From the NCBI GenBank assembly GCA_038883855.1, contig JAVZLH010000002.1:62392-126391 (forward strand): a DNA stretch of 64,000 bases, written 5' to 3'. Both the position numbers and the translations under genes were made by a program. Below, piece after piece: positions 9,807 through 19,607 of this stretch (its first letter is position 1; every line of letters begins with the position of its first letter). A model generated the notes under the pieces. That model searched no databases, had not been told where the DNA came from, and saw only the letters and a list, made by a program, of their open reading frames with translations. Source of the stretch: Candidatus Bathyarchaeia archaeon (GTDB lineage: Archaea; Thermoproteota; Bathyarchaeia; Bathyarchaeales; Bathycorpusculaceae).

Positions 9807-10333
9807 TCCGCTATTTCCTCCTTCTCATTGTCCTTTTTGTTCAGTTGGATTAAGTCTCCCAATGTTAGTTCACGACGTGCAGGTTTAGGAACTGTTGCCT
9901 TTGGGGTTTCTTCCGCCGCGGGAATAAGCAACTTTATTTTTAAAACGTGTTCAAGCTTCGCCGCCAAAGCATTGTTGGGCTTCATCTTTCCAGTTTCAAT
10001 ATTTTTAAGAACTGAAACTTTCTCGTTTAACCTTTTGCCTAGCTCCTCGTGGGATAGCCCAAGTTTTTCTCGCGCCTGCTTCACTTTCAAGCCGAAATCT
10101 TCAACAAGTTCCAAGTTTGCGTCAACAATATTCCCAGGGGTTTTCTTGCTTTGTATTTGGGTTAGCGGTAGCGCAGCTTTCGGTTTAGGTATCGGAGGTT
10201 TTGGTTTTGGCTCTTCTTCCCATACGATTTTTCCATGTTTTGAGCATTCACTGCAAACTAGCAGTTTAGCTCCTTCGATTATGACTCGATACGGTTCGCC
10301 GTGGATTTTGCGTCCGCACACCTCACATCGCAA
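9791..10333 (-). CDS. mbf1: Archaeal multiprotein bridging factor aMBF1
   Basis: CEVCG...CSEC Zn ribbon, HTH (AREKLGLSHEELG...IETG), TLGD motif. Confidence 0.92.
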   Translation of the reverse strand: MRCEVCGRKIHGEPYRVIIEGAKLLVCSECSKHGKIVWEEEPKPKPPIPKPKAALPLTQIQSKKTPGNIVDANLELVEDFGLKVKQAREKLGLSHEELGKRLNEKVSVLKNIETGKMKPNNALAAKLEHVLKIKLLIPAAEETPKATVPKPARRELTLGDLIQLNKKDNEKEEIAERKQS

Positions 10334-10403
10334 GTAGTGGCACGCACCCTAAACTGTTTTTATTTATTTGTTTGGTTGTGTTTATAGTTGATGGTGCAGA
10401 GGC

Positions 10404-10874
10404 TTGGAAAACCCGTTGAGGCGTATCAGAAGCGTTGCAGACTACCAATTTGGAAAGGGGGTAGGCGTCAAACTTTTCCCAGACAACGTGGAAATAGAGT
10501 TTTCAAAGAGAACCGGGAGAATCCGCTATGTTTACTTGAATGGAAAGAGACTTGCTACAATGCGCCCCACAGACGGCTTATTCTCTTTAAGCATCGCCGG
10601 CGCCAAACGCATAGTCGAGAACGCCTGTGATGCAAAATGTTTTGTTACCGTTCAAAAGAATGTTTCAAAGTTTATCGCTGAAGGCGGCGATGTCTTTGCA
10701 ACTCATGTTGCTAGGGCTGACGACGAAATTCGCCCGAAGGATGAGGTCATCGTTTTAGACGAGGATGGCAATGTTTTGGCTGTTGGAAGGGCTGTTTTAT
10801 CCGGCGAGGAAATGAAAGCCTTTCGTTGCGGCGTCGCCGTCAAGGTGAGGCGCGGATGCCTCGAGGAAAGTTAA
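10404..10874 (+). CDS. PUA-domain RNA-binding protein (resembles archaeosine TGT C-terminal module)
   Basis: ADYQFG, SKRTGRIR, RPTDG, VFATHV, IRPKDEV, AVGRA, AVKVR; no TGT catalytic barrel. Confidence 0.82.
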   Translation: MENPLRRIRSVADYQFGKGVGVKLFPDNVEIEFSKRTGRIRYVYLNGKRLATMRPTDGLFSLSIAGAKRIVENACDAKCFVTVQKNVSKFIAEGGDVFATHVARADDEIRPKDEVIVLDEDGNVLAVGRAVLSGEEMKAFRCGVAVKVRRGCLEES

Positions 10875-10928
10875 GTATATGAGGTTCTAGAACAGTAATT
10901 GTGGTGAAGGTGTAGAAAGGGTGATTTT

Positions 10929-11279
10929 ATGCATAGGCGCGTAAGCCCCCGCGAAGCGAGAAGAATGATGCAGCGGATGGGAATGAGCATGGACGCTGTT
11001 CCAGACGTGGAAGAGGTCATAATAAAAACCGCAAACAAAGAAATAACAATAGAAGCGCCAGAAGTGGCAATCCTCGAGGTTCAAGGACAAAAAATCTTCC
11101 AAGTAGCAGGTGGAAAAATAACAGAGAAGGCTACAGAACGCAAACTGGCAATACCTGAAGAGGATGTTAGGCTTGTGGCGGACCAAACGGGCAAAAGCCT
11201 AGAAGAAGCCAGAAAAGCCCTAGAGGAAAGCCAAGGAGACCTAGCAAAAGCAATTCTCCTACTTCAATCAAAATTTTAA
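10929..11279 (+). CDS. nac: Nascent polypeptide-associated complex protein
   Basis: RMMQRMGM, VEEVIIK NAC domain, UBA tail EEDVRLVADQTG...GDLAKAI. Confidence 0.93.
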   Translation: MHRRVSPREARRMMQRMGMSMDAVPDVEEVIIKTANKEITIEAPEVAILEVQGQKIFQVAGGKITEKATERKLAIPEEDVRLVADQTGKSLEEARKALEESQGDLAKAILLLQSKF

Positions 11280-11423
11280 TGCGGCTGAAGACACATTTTT
11301 CGTTGATAAAGCATATCCTAATATGAGCTTTTACGTCGCTGTATAAACACCTCTTTTCAGCACTGTTGGGGAAATGAAAAAAGTTAAGCAGAAGTAGAAA
11401 ATTAATTAGACGTGTGGAAGAGG

Positions 11424-11603
11424 ATGATTTCAAACAAAGTTAAGAAACGTCATTTGATACTTTTTATTCTGCTTGTAATCGTTTTTGTTCCGTCTCTTGT
11501 CGGCGTCGCTTTGTACAGGGGTGAACAACATCCAGAACCTGAAACATTCCGTTTAGCCTTTTACCTTTCTGTACTTGGAACCATCGTCTCTGTATTTTGT
11601 TGA
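11424..11603 (+). CDS. Small putative two-TM membrane protein
   Basis: Basic N-terminus and two hydrophobic stretches; no recognised family. Confidence 0.35.
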   Translation: MISNKVKKRHLILFILLVIVFVPSLVGVALYRGEQHPEPETFRLAFYLSVLGTIVSVFC

Positions 11604-11691
11604 TAATAGGGATAACTTATTTACTAAGGTTGAGAAAATCATCGACATCAGATATTCAGCAGACCGATTCTCAGAGGAGTTTAGATTAAGC

Positions 11692-12606
11692 GTGTTTGAT
11701 GTTGTTTCGGTTGGGCATTTATGCATCGACCACATCTTCTTGCCAGAAAACCCCATGCCCTTCGTTACTTTGGGCGGTTCTGCAGCTTACGTTTCCTTCG
11801 CAGCAAAACGCCTAAACGCTAAAACCGCCATCATTTCCAAGGTTGGAGAGGATTTTCCAACAACCTATTCATGGTGGCTTAAAGACGAAGGCGTTGACAT
11901 ATCATGGCTTGTTAAAGCTAAGGGCGTCAACACAACAAGTTTCGAACTTAAATACAGCAAAAACTTGTCCAACCGTATTCTACGCTTGAGAAACAAGGCG
12001 CCGAACATAACGGTCGCAGATTTGCCAAGTTCCTTAAGAGCCAAAGCCATCCACATCGCGCCTATAGCCGGCGAAGTCACCCTTGACGTGGCTGAAAAAC
12101 TGAGAGGTTGCGCTGAAATTTTGTCCCTTGACCCGCAGGGGCTTGTCCGAAAATTCGGTGAAAAAGGCCAAGTCAAGCATGGTTCGCTTAAAGAAAGGCG
12201 CATACTGGAACTCATTGATGTTTACAAGTCTTCATCTGCAGAAATTAAAGCAGTCACAGAAATGTCAGACATTAAATCAGCTGTAAACGCAATTCACGAT
12301 TACGGTGTCAAAAAAGTCGTTGTAACTTTGGGAGTAAGAGGCGCTTTGCTGTCTCTCGAGGGAAGCCTACACCAAATTCCAGCTTACAAATCAGAGAAAA
12401 TTGTTGACCCAACTGGGGCTGGAGACGCTTTCATCGGCGGCTTCCTCGCAGAATTAGTTAAGGGCAAAGACTTTTTATGGTGTGCATGTGTCGGCTCGGC
12501 TGTAGCCTCCCTAGTTGTTGAGGTTGCTGGACCAACATTTTTCGGCGATAAACAGCAGATTTATGGGAGGGCAAAAGCGCTTTATGGAAAAGAAATTAAG
12601 GAATAG
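11692..12606 (+). CDS. PfkB/ribokinase-family carbohydrate or nucleoside kinase
   Basis: GGSAAY, VGEDF, DPQG, VTLGVRG, DPTGAGDAFIGG; GTG 11692 (VFDVVSVG) follows GAGGAG. Confidence 0.88.
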   Translation: MFDVVSVGHLCIDHIFLPENPMPFVTLGGSAAYVSFAAKRLNAKTAIISKVGEDFPTTYSWWLKDEGVDISWLVKAKGVNTTSFELKYSKNLSNRILRLRNKAPNITVADLPSSLRAKAIHIAPIAGEVTLDVAEKLRGCAEILSLDPQGLVRKFGEKGQVKHGSLKERRILELIDVYKSSSAEIKAVTEMSDIKSAVNAIHDYGVKKVVVTLGVRGALLSLEGSLHQIPAYKSEKIVDPTGAGDAFIGGFLAELVKGKDFLWCACVGSAVASLVVEVAGPTFFGDKQQIYGRAKALYGKEIKE

Positions 12607-12637
12607 CGCATATCCCTATTAAGAGAGGCGCAAGGCT

Positions 12638-12847
12638 TTGGGAAAAATCGACAAAGGCGTCAAATGCAGCGTATCCAACTGCAAAAACGACGCTGTCCGT
12701 TCGCTTTCAGCGGAAAAAGTTAGGTCAGCTGGCTTAAATGTTGGCAGCGGCGATAGGCGCGCTTACCTCTGCAAGGAACATTATAAAGAGTATAAGAAGA
12801 AGATAAAGAAGGATAAAATGCTTGAGAAATGGCGGTACAGCGCCTAA
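12638..12847 (+). CDS. Small basic putative Zn-binding protein
   Basis: CSVSNC...LCKEH, Lys-rich tail; GAGG before TTG; 21 nt before thrS. Confidence 0.7.
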   Translation: MGKIDKGVKCSVSNCKNDAVRSLSAEKVRSAGLNVGSGDRRAYLCKEHYKEYKKKIKKDKMLEKWRYSA

Positions 12848-12868
12848 AAAGGAAGAGGGGAAGAGCCT

Positions 12869-14737
12869 ATGAGAATATTGCAGTTACACTCAAATTATAT
12901 CGAGTATAAGCCCATCCAAAAAGAGATAGCTATGGCTGAAGAAGCCGAAAAGAAGGAAAACCGCCTAGAAGAAATCGTCGTTTTGTTCACGGCTGTCGAG
13001 GAAGGCGACAACTTAGATGTAGCAAAAAGAGCCGTAGACGAAGTTCAAGCCTTTCTTGAAAAGCTGAAGGTTAACCGCATTTTGATCTATCCCTACGCAC
13101 ATTTAAGCAGTAACTTGGCAAAACCTTCAGAAGCCCTAAGAATAGTTAAAGCTATGGAAAACTACGCAAAGGAGAAGGGTATAGAAACATTCCGCGCTCC
13201 TTTCGGCTGGAACAAACAGTTCACCGTATCAATAAAGGGGCATCCTCTAGCTGAACAGTCGCGTGTAATTCTTCCAGCAGAAGCAAAAGAAAAAGCCGAA
13301 GAAAAAGTTCCGGAAGCAGTGAAAGCCGAGGAAAAACTGGAATCCTTCTGGTTTATACTGAAGCCAGATGGAGAAATGCTTCCAGTTCAAGAATTTGATT
13401 TTAAAGGTTACGAGAATCTTGAAAAGTTCGCCAAATATGAGATTTCAAAGGTTAGAGCAAGCCAACAAATGCCTCCCCACGTGCCTTTGATGAAGAGGCT
13501 TGAAATAGCCGACTATGAAGCGGGAAGCGACCCTGGAAACATCCGCTGGTATCCTAAAGGGCGGCTAATCAAATCTTTGCTTGAGCAGTTTGTCACTGCG
13601 AAAGTTGTAGAGTATGGCGCCATGGAAGTTGAAACGCCGGTCATGTACGATTTTCAACATCCAAGCCTAGCAGATTACATGAACCGTTTCCCAGCTAGGC
13701 AATACCTACTAAAATCTGAGGATAAGGAGCTTTTCCTGCGTTTCGCTGCGTGCTTTGGGCAGTTCCTCATGGTTCATGACGCCCAGTTCTCCTATAAACA
13801 CATGCCTCTTAGGGTTTACGAGTTAACACGTTACAGTTTTAGAAGGGAGAAAAGCGGTGAGGTTGTTGGCTTAAGACGTTTAAGAGCCTTCACTATGCCC
13901 GATTGCCACGCCTTCTGCACAGGCCTCGAACAAGCCAAGGAAGAGTTTATAACAAGGTTTAAGCTGTGCATAAACGTGTTAGAAGAAATCGGCTTATCCA
14001 AAAACGATTATGAAGCAGCAATACGGTTCACAAAAGACTTTTACGAAGAAAACAAAGACTTTGTAACTTCATTGGCGAAAATTTTCGGCAAACCAGTTTT
14101 GGTTGAAATGTGGAAGGAACCTTTCTTCTATTTTAGGCTTAAATGGGACTTTAACTTCGTAGACAACCAAGACAAGGCAGCAGCCCTATCAACAGACCAG
14201 ATTGATGTGGAAAATGCGAAAAGATACAACATAACCTACGTAGACGAGAAAGGAGAAAAACATCACCCCCTCATCCTGCACTGTTCTCCAAGCGGGGCTA
14301 TTGAAAGATGCGTTTATGCATTGCTGGAAAAAGCTTACATGGAACAGGAAAAGGGCAAACCGCCAATACTTCCACTGTGGCTTTCGCCGACGCAGGTGCG
14401 CGTAATCCCAATGTCAGATAAATATGTTGACTATGCTGAAAAATTGGCTGAAGAAATCGAAGCAAACAATATTCGTGTAGACATTGACGATAGGATAATG
14501 ACAATACAGAAAAGAGTTAGAGAAGCGGAAATGGAATGGACTCCTTATATAATTGTCGTGGGAGAAAAAGAGGTTAAATCAAAATTGTTGGCTGTTAGAG
14601 ATAGGAAAGCCCAAAAAATACGCGAAATGAAACTAGAAGAATTGATAAGCGAAATAAGGGGTTTGACAAAGGATAAACCCTTTAAACCTCTTCCCTTGCC
14701 GAAGCTTCTCTCGAAACGTCCCCAATTCTACGGTTAG
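12869..14737 (+). CDS. thrS: Threonine--tRNA ligase, archaeal type with N-terminal editing domain
   Basis: MRILQLH, YPYAHLS, APFGW, GHPLAE editing domain; [32 protein letters not shown]. Confidence 0.96.
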   Translation: MRILQLHSNYIEYKPIQKEIAMAEEAEKKENRLEEIVVLFTAVEEGDNLDVAKRAVDEVQAFLEKLKVNRILIYPYAHLSSNLAKPSEALRIVKAMENYAKEKGIETFRAPFGWNKQFTVSIKGHPLAEQSRVILPAEAKEKAEEKVPEAVKAEEKLESFWFILKPDGEMLPVQEFDFKGYENLEKFAKYEISKVRASQQMPPHVPLMKRLEIADYEAGSDPGNIRWYPKGRLIKSLLEQFVTAKVVEYGAMEVETPVMYDFQHPSLADYMNRFPARQYLLKSEDKELFLRFAACFGQFLMVHDAQFSYKHMPLRVYELTRYSFRREKSGEVVGLRRLRAFTMPDCHAFCTGLEQAKEEFITRFKLCINVLEEIGLSKNDYEAAIRFTKDFYEENKDFVTSLAKIFGKPVLVEMWKEPFFYFRLKWDFNFVDNQDKAAALSTDQIDVENAKRYNITYVDEKGEKHHPLILHCSPSGAIERCVYALLEKAYMEQEKGKPPILPLWLSPTQVRVIPMSDKYVDYAEKLAEEIEANNIRVDIDDRIMTIQKRVREAEMEWTPYIIVVGEKEVKSKLLAVRDRKAQKIREMKLEELISEIRGLTKDKPFKPLPLPKLLSKRPQFYG

Positions 14738-14802
14738 TAACTGATAGAACAAAAAATATATCAAACCTCAAACGGATAAACTACATCACAAACGGAGGAT
14801 GT

Positions 14803-15696
14803 TTGTTGGAGGAAGAACTTCTTGTTTACATAGACGGGAAATATTATCCAAAATCTCAAGCGAAAATATCCGTCTACGACCACGGGCTACTTTACGGAGA
14901 CGGCGTTTTTGAGGGAATCCGAGCCTACAAAGGCGTAGTGTTCAAACTGAAAGAACACATAGATAGACTTTACAACTCAGCTAAAGTGTTAATGTTGAAT
15001 ATACCATTAACAAAGGAAGAAATGATAAACGCTGTTTTGGAGACTCTACGTAAAAACCGTTTGAAAGATGCATACATACGCCTAATAGTAACACGGGGCG
15101 TCGGCGACTTAGGGCTTGACGCTAGAAAATGCCAAAAACCAACTGTGATAATAATAACCGACATAATAAAACTGTATTCCAGCGAAGCAAGAGAGAAAGG
15201 ACTAAAAGCTATGATTGTGTGGGTTAGAAGAAACTCTGTAGACGCAACATCCCACCAATTTAAATCCCTAAACTACCTAAACAGTGTACTTGGAAAGATT
15301 GAAGCAAATATCGCAGGCTTCGACGAAGCCATATGCTTAGACAAAAACGGCTACGTCAGCGAAGGAGTAGGCGAAAACATATTCATAGTTAAAAACGGAA
15401 AAATCATAACCCCGCCATCATCAGCAGGAATCCTCATGGGAATAACAAGAGAAGTCGTTATAAAACTGGCTGAAAAACTCGGATACACCGTAATCGAACG
15501 CAACATTACCCCAACGGACCTGTTCACGGCAGACGAAGCCTTCTTTACAGGCACAGCTGCTGAAATCGTCCCAATAGTCGAAGTTAACAGGCGAGTAATA
15601 GCTGAAGGTAAACCCGGACCCATAACGCGTCACTTGATGAGCGAGTTTGCTAAGTTACTCGGCGACCCAAAAGAAGGTACGCCCATTTACAGTTAA
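14803..15696 (+). CDS. ilvE: Branched-chain amino acid aminotransferase
   Basis: [45 protein letters not shown]. Confidence 0.95.
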   Translation: MLEEELLVYIDGKYYPKSQAKISVYDHGLLYGDGVFEGIRAYKGVVFKLKEHIDRLYNSAKVLMLNIPLTKEEMINAVLETLRKNRLKDAYIRLIVTRGVGDLGLDARKCQKPTVIIITDIIKLYSSEAREKGLKAMIVWVRRNSVDATSHQFKSLNYLNSVLGKIEANIAGFDEAICLDKNGYVSEGVGENIFIVKNGKIITPPSSAGILMGITREVVIKLAEKLGYTVIERNITPTDLFTADEAFFTGTAAEIVPIVEVNRRVIAEGKPGPITRHLMSEFAKLLGDPKEGTPIYS

Positions 15697-15699
15697 CAC

Positions 15700-16692
15700 C
15701 TATACTATTTGGATGAATCTCCCGATTCCCTTTTTAACAGCCTTTTCATAAGCAATTTTTGCTGTAACTGCGTCTTGGATAGCTAATCCAGTCGAATCAA
15801 AAACTGTTATTTCATCTTGCGTTTCTCTCGGACGTTTTAAACCAGCAACAATCTCGCCCAATTCAGCGTATACATCTTCTTTCTTCAATATTCCTCGGCT
15901 TAATGGAACATTAATTTCCCCACTATGCGCAGCTTGTTCCAAATCATCTACAACTATCTTCGCCCTTTTCAAAATATTGGGATCAATCTCCTCTTTTCCT
16001 GGGGCATCTGCACCTATACAGTTGAAGTGCATTCCCGGAGAAACCATGTCGTTCATTACCAAAGGTTGTCTTGATGGAGTAGTTGTTACAACAATATCGG
16101 CTCCTTCAACTGTTTCTCTTATATTTTCCATAGGGATTATTCGGCATAAGTTGCCGTATTTCAGTCGCATTTCAGAAGCAAATTCAACACTAGTTCCATG
16201 AAGACCCCACACTCTTACTTCCTCAAATTTTTTGTAGATTTCAAGGAGGCTAGCTAGTTGAGTTCTCGCTTGGGCGCCGGCTCCAACGAGAGCTACAATT
16301 TTCGAGTCTTTCCTCGCCAAATATTTTGCAGCAACTCCTCCAGTAGCTCCAGTTCGCATGGCTGTTATTGTTTTTCCGCCCATTATTGCCATTGGAAAGC
16401 CATTTTTGGGGTCTACTAGGATTATTATAGCCATAACTGTGGGAAGGCCGTATTTTATTTGGTTGTCCGAGTGGGCGTTCACTATTTTAACTGCCGATAT
16501 GTCTAAATTTTCAAGATAGGAAGGCATTGCCCGTAAATCACCGTTATATCTTTTGTAGAAGAGGTAGATTTTCTCCGGCATTTGGACTCGTTTTAACCCC
16601 TTTTCTTTAAAAGCTTCTTCAACTGCTCTCATAACCTCTTGCATTGAAAGAAGCCCTTTAACTTCCTCGTCGGTTAACACTAGAGTCTCCAA
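15700..16692 (-). CDS. ala: Alanine dehydrogenase, ornithine cyclodeaminase/mu-crystallin family
   Basis: GDLRAMP, VKIVN, TAMRTGA, GAGAQA, GADAPGKEE, FDSTGLAIQD. Confidence 0.85.
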   Translation of the reverse strand: METLVLTDEEVKGLLSMQEVMRAVEEAFKEKGLKRVQMPEKIYLFYKRYNGDLRAMPSYLENLDISAVKIVNAHSDNQIKYGLPTVMAIIILVDPKNGFPMAIMGGKTITAMRTGATGGVAAKYLARKDSKIVALVGAGAQARTQLASLLEIYKKFEEVRVWGLHGTSVEFASEMRLKYGNLCRIIPMENIRETVEGADIVVTTTPSRQPLVMNDMVSPGMHFNCIGADAPGKEEIDPNILKRAKIVVDDLEQAAHSGEINVPLSRGILKKEDVYAELGEIVAGLKRPRETQDEITVFDSTGLAIQDAVTAKIAYEKAVKKGIGRFIQIV

Positions 16693-16812
16693 ATTTTTCC
16701 CTCAAGTTGCAAAGGCTATTTTCTACTCAAATATTTTTGGGTAGTGGAGACATAGATTTCATGAATAAAATTATAAACCACGTTCTACGGTGTTAACGTA
16801 TGGCTCTTCAAG

Positions 16813-18525
16813 TTAAGGATACCACGTCTTTGATGTTTGGAAGCCTTCAGCGGTGTAAACCGTGACTTTTACTTCTGAACCCAAATATTCATCCCAATTC
16901 CAGAGGCACATTATCGTGGTGTTTTCGCCAACGTTAAGAATGTATCCACTTGGAGCCAGCCTAGGGTAGGTGAGAGCACCGTCGATTTCGTAAGTTTTGC
17001 CTCCGGTTTCAACAACTATCCTGTTGATGGTTACGTTTTGGATTGAGCGTGCCGAATTTGAAACTGTAATGTTAATGTAGGGAATCGGAATTGTGATGTT
17101 TGGATACTGGTCTTTCAAGTCGCCGAAGATCAAATTCTCTCCCAACAATTTCAATTCCACGGCGGGTATCTCCACATCCCTCGAAAGACTCTGCCCTTCT
17201 TCAGTTTCAACAGTAATGGTCACGGTCTGGTTTATCCAACTCTGCCATGAAAATGAACAATTAATGGTTATTTCCTCTCCTGGCAAAACAACTGGGGATG
17301 GATCAACAATGGTTGCGTTCTCGCCGTTGAGCAGTATATTTTTTATTTTTATCTCGCGGAGGGAACATGGCATATTTGTGACGTTGATGGTGAAGTGTTC
17401 TACATCGTCGAAGTCAAACTTTACATCAGTTATGTTCCAAACAACTTCCGGCGGCGTTGTAACCGTTTTGCTTGGCACAGTAATATTTTGCTTTGTATAA
17501 ATAGTCACGGTTATCGACTCGTTTCTGCTAGTGCTCCAATTCCAGAGGCACTTTATAGGTGGTGATGTTTGGTTCGGCGCAACGGCAACAAGCAAATTTT
17601 GTAATGGTGGGTTTGTGGGGAGAGTTATTGAAGTTCCGTTTGCAAAGGTTACATTTACTTTGCTTAAGGTTGCTTCTGCCGTAGAATATTCTGAACTGCT
17701 GACTGTGAGATTAAAATAGCCTGTATCGCCATAGTCAAATTTTATCTCACCAATGTAGAGGGAGGCTCCAGGCAGTTCATTTGTCACATAAGTTGCTTCA
17801 TAGCCCTCTGCGGTCTTAACAATTATCGTGACGTTAATCCATTTTAGGTCTTCCCAGTTTCGCTGGCACACGAACGTTTCATTTTGATTAGGCTCCAAAA
17901 CCTTTGGAAGTGGCGGTGTAGTATTTACAAGCTCACCATGGACTCTTATTTCTGAAATCGTCAGGTTTATCAAGGGTTCTGGTTGCAGATTTTCAATTGT
18001 CAAGTTAAAGTAGTTTATGCTTTCGTGGATTTGCTCTTCAAAATTTGGAGTTACCTTCAATTTAACATTCGGCGGGGAAGCTGTATAACTCGTTATTAAA
18101 ACGTCTTCTGCGTTTTCCACAACTGGTTCTATTTTCACGATTTCTCCAGCAAAGTTGCTCCAGTTCTTTTTGCATACAAAAGTTTGCCTCGTTCCCTTTT
18201 TCATTACAATGCTGAGGGAAGGCTCCGCCGTCTCTTCTGTTATATAATATGTTTCATTTCTTCCTTCAACAGTCAACCGTATTGCGGTTAAGTTGACATC
18301 TGATATGGAATTGGATGGGTTAAGGATTGTCACATTAAAGTATCTAGCGTCGGAAACAGGAAAAACAGCGTCCTCCACCACAAGCATTGTGGATTCTTCC
18401 GGCATATTATAGTAGCTTGCCATAACCCACAAATAGGATACGAGAGCGCCGAAAACAATTGAGCACAACACAATTATAACAAGGATGAGGGTAGAAACGG
18501 ACTTCCGGTTAAACATAATGCCCAC
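16813..18525 (-). CDS. Surface protein with class III (pilin)-like signal peptide and five tandem beta-sandwich repeats
   Basis: RKS-VSTLILVII..SYLW N-terminus; five ~100 aa units with FNxTxxN...CxxNW...VxTxEG-like motifs; many NxS/T sequons. Confidence 0.7.
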   Translation of the reverse strand: MGIMFNRKSVSTLILVIIVLCSIVFGALVSYLWVMASYYNMPEESTMLVVEDAVFPVSDARYFNVTILNPSNSISDVNLTAIRLTVEGRNETYYITEETAEPSLSIVMKKGTRQTFVCKKNWSNFAGEIVKIEPVVENAEDVLITSYTASPPNVKLKVTPNFEEQIHESINYFNLTIENLQPEPLINLTISEIRVHGELVNTTPPLPKVLEPNQNETFVCQRNWEDLKWINVTIIVKTAEGYEATYVTNELPGASLYIGEIKFDYGDTGYFNLTVSSSEYSTAEATLSKVNVTFANGTSITLPTNPPLQNLLVAVAPNQTSPPIKCLWNWSTSRNESITVTIYTKQNITVPSKTVTTPPEVVWNITDVKFDFDDVEHFTINVTNMPCSLREIKIKNILLNGENATIVDPSPVVLPGEEITINCSFSWQSWINQTVTITVETEEGQSLSRDVEIPAVELKLLGENLIFGDLKDQYPNITIPIPYINITVSNSARSIQNVTINRIVVETGGKTYEIDGALTYPRLAPSGYILNVGENTTIMCLWNWDEYLGSEVKVTVYTAEGFQTSKTWYP

Positions 18526-18711
18526 ACCATTCCCCTCTTGCCAAATCCTGTTGCTCTAACTCATACCGTCGAGAAATAAATAAGCATTCTGTTAAAAGAG
18601 GGCATTACAAGCCAGCTTTGTTAGAGGCGCTGGCATTAGGTGATTTAAGTTTAAAGTTATGTAAGTGTTTCCCTCTTCCATTAGCAAAAACTTAAACGTT
18701 AGAACCAATAA

Positions 18712-19542
18712 TTGTTGACCAGTTTGGTGATGAAAATGGATGATGACATTGCCGTTATAGGCGCTGGTGTCATTGGCGGCGCAATTGTTAAAAGCCTCAT
18801 TAAAAGTGGTTATAAAGGCAAAATCACAGCTACCAGGAGATCAGTTGAGAAACTGAAAGAACTTGAGGAACTTGGGGCCTCCGTGACGAGCGATAACAAG
18901 AAAGCAGCAAAAGGAGCCGAAATAGTTTTTATATGTGTGAAGCCCGGAGATGTTGCAAAGGTGTTGAAAGAGATAAGTGAAGAGGTAAAGGGGAAGCTTG
19001 TAATTTCCACTGCTGCAACTGTTCCGTTAAAATTTTATAAGCAAATAGTGCCGGAAGCACGTTTTGTTAGAAGTATGCCTAACGTGGCGATTCTAGTGCA
19101 AGAATCTTTTACAGCATATGCTTGTGATGAAGATGTGAAGCCAGAGGACAAAGAAAAGGTGAAAAAAATCTTTAACGTTATGGGAATATACGAAGAAGTT
19201 GAAGAGAGATACATGGACGCCATAACAGCCTTAAGCGGCAGCGGCCCAGGATACATCTCAATAATAATAGAAGGGCTTATGTACGCTGGCTTAAAGGTCG
19301 GCTTGCCCAGAGACCTAGCGCTCTACAGCGCGGCTCAAACGGTTTTAGGAACAGGCAAACTCATTCTAAAAACACGCGAGCATGTTGCGAAAATAAAGGA
19401 CATGGTGACAACGCCTGGAGGAACAACCATTGAGGCGATATATGAGCTTGAAGGAAGCCAGATCAGGCCAGCTTTGATGAGGGCTGTTGAAAAAGCGACC
19501 GAAAAATGTCAAAAGATTAGGGAAAATTTCGGAATGAACTGA
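18712..19542 (+). CDS. proC: Pyrroline-5-carboxylate reductase
   Basis: GAGVIG, CVKP, RSMPN, TALSGSGPGY, VTTPGGTT; true start may be ATG 18730 or 18736. Confidence 0.95.
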   Translation: MLTSLVMKMDDDIAVIGAGVIGGAIVKSLIKSGYKGKITATRRSVEKLKELEELGASVTSDNKKAAKGAEIVFICVKPGDVAKVLKEISEEVKGKLVISTAATVPLKFYKQIVPEARFVRSMPNVAILVQESFTAYACDEDVKPEDKEKVKKIFNVMGIYEEVEERYMDAITALSGSGPGYISIIIEGLMYAGLKVGLPRDLALYSAAQTVLGTGKLILKTREHVAKIKDMVTTPGGTTIEAIYELEGSQIRPALMRAVEKATEKCQKIRENFGMN

Positions 19543-19607
19543 AAAAGCGAAGCTTAATTTTATTAATAACTAGCATGATATAGTGTTCTCTTCAAGAGGT
19601 AAGAATC

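Noticed and set aside
9786-10337. 183-aa plus-strand ORF
   Set aside because: Antisense shadow of mbf1; the same applies to the many other short ORFs overlapping well-supported genes
10404-10874. Archaeosine tRNA-guanine transglycosylase
   Set aside because: Only the PUA-containing module is present; no catalytic domain
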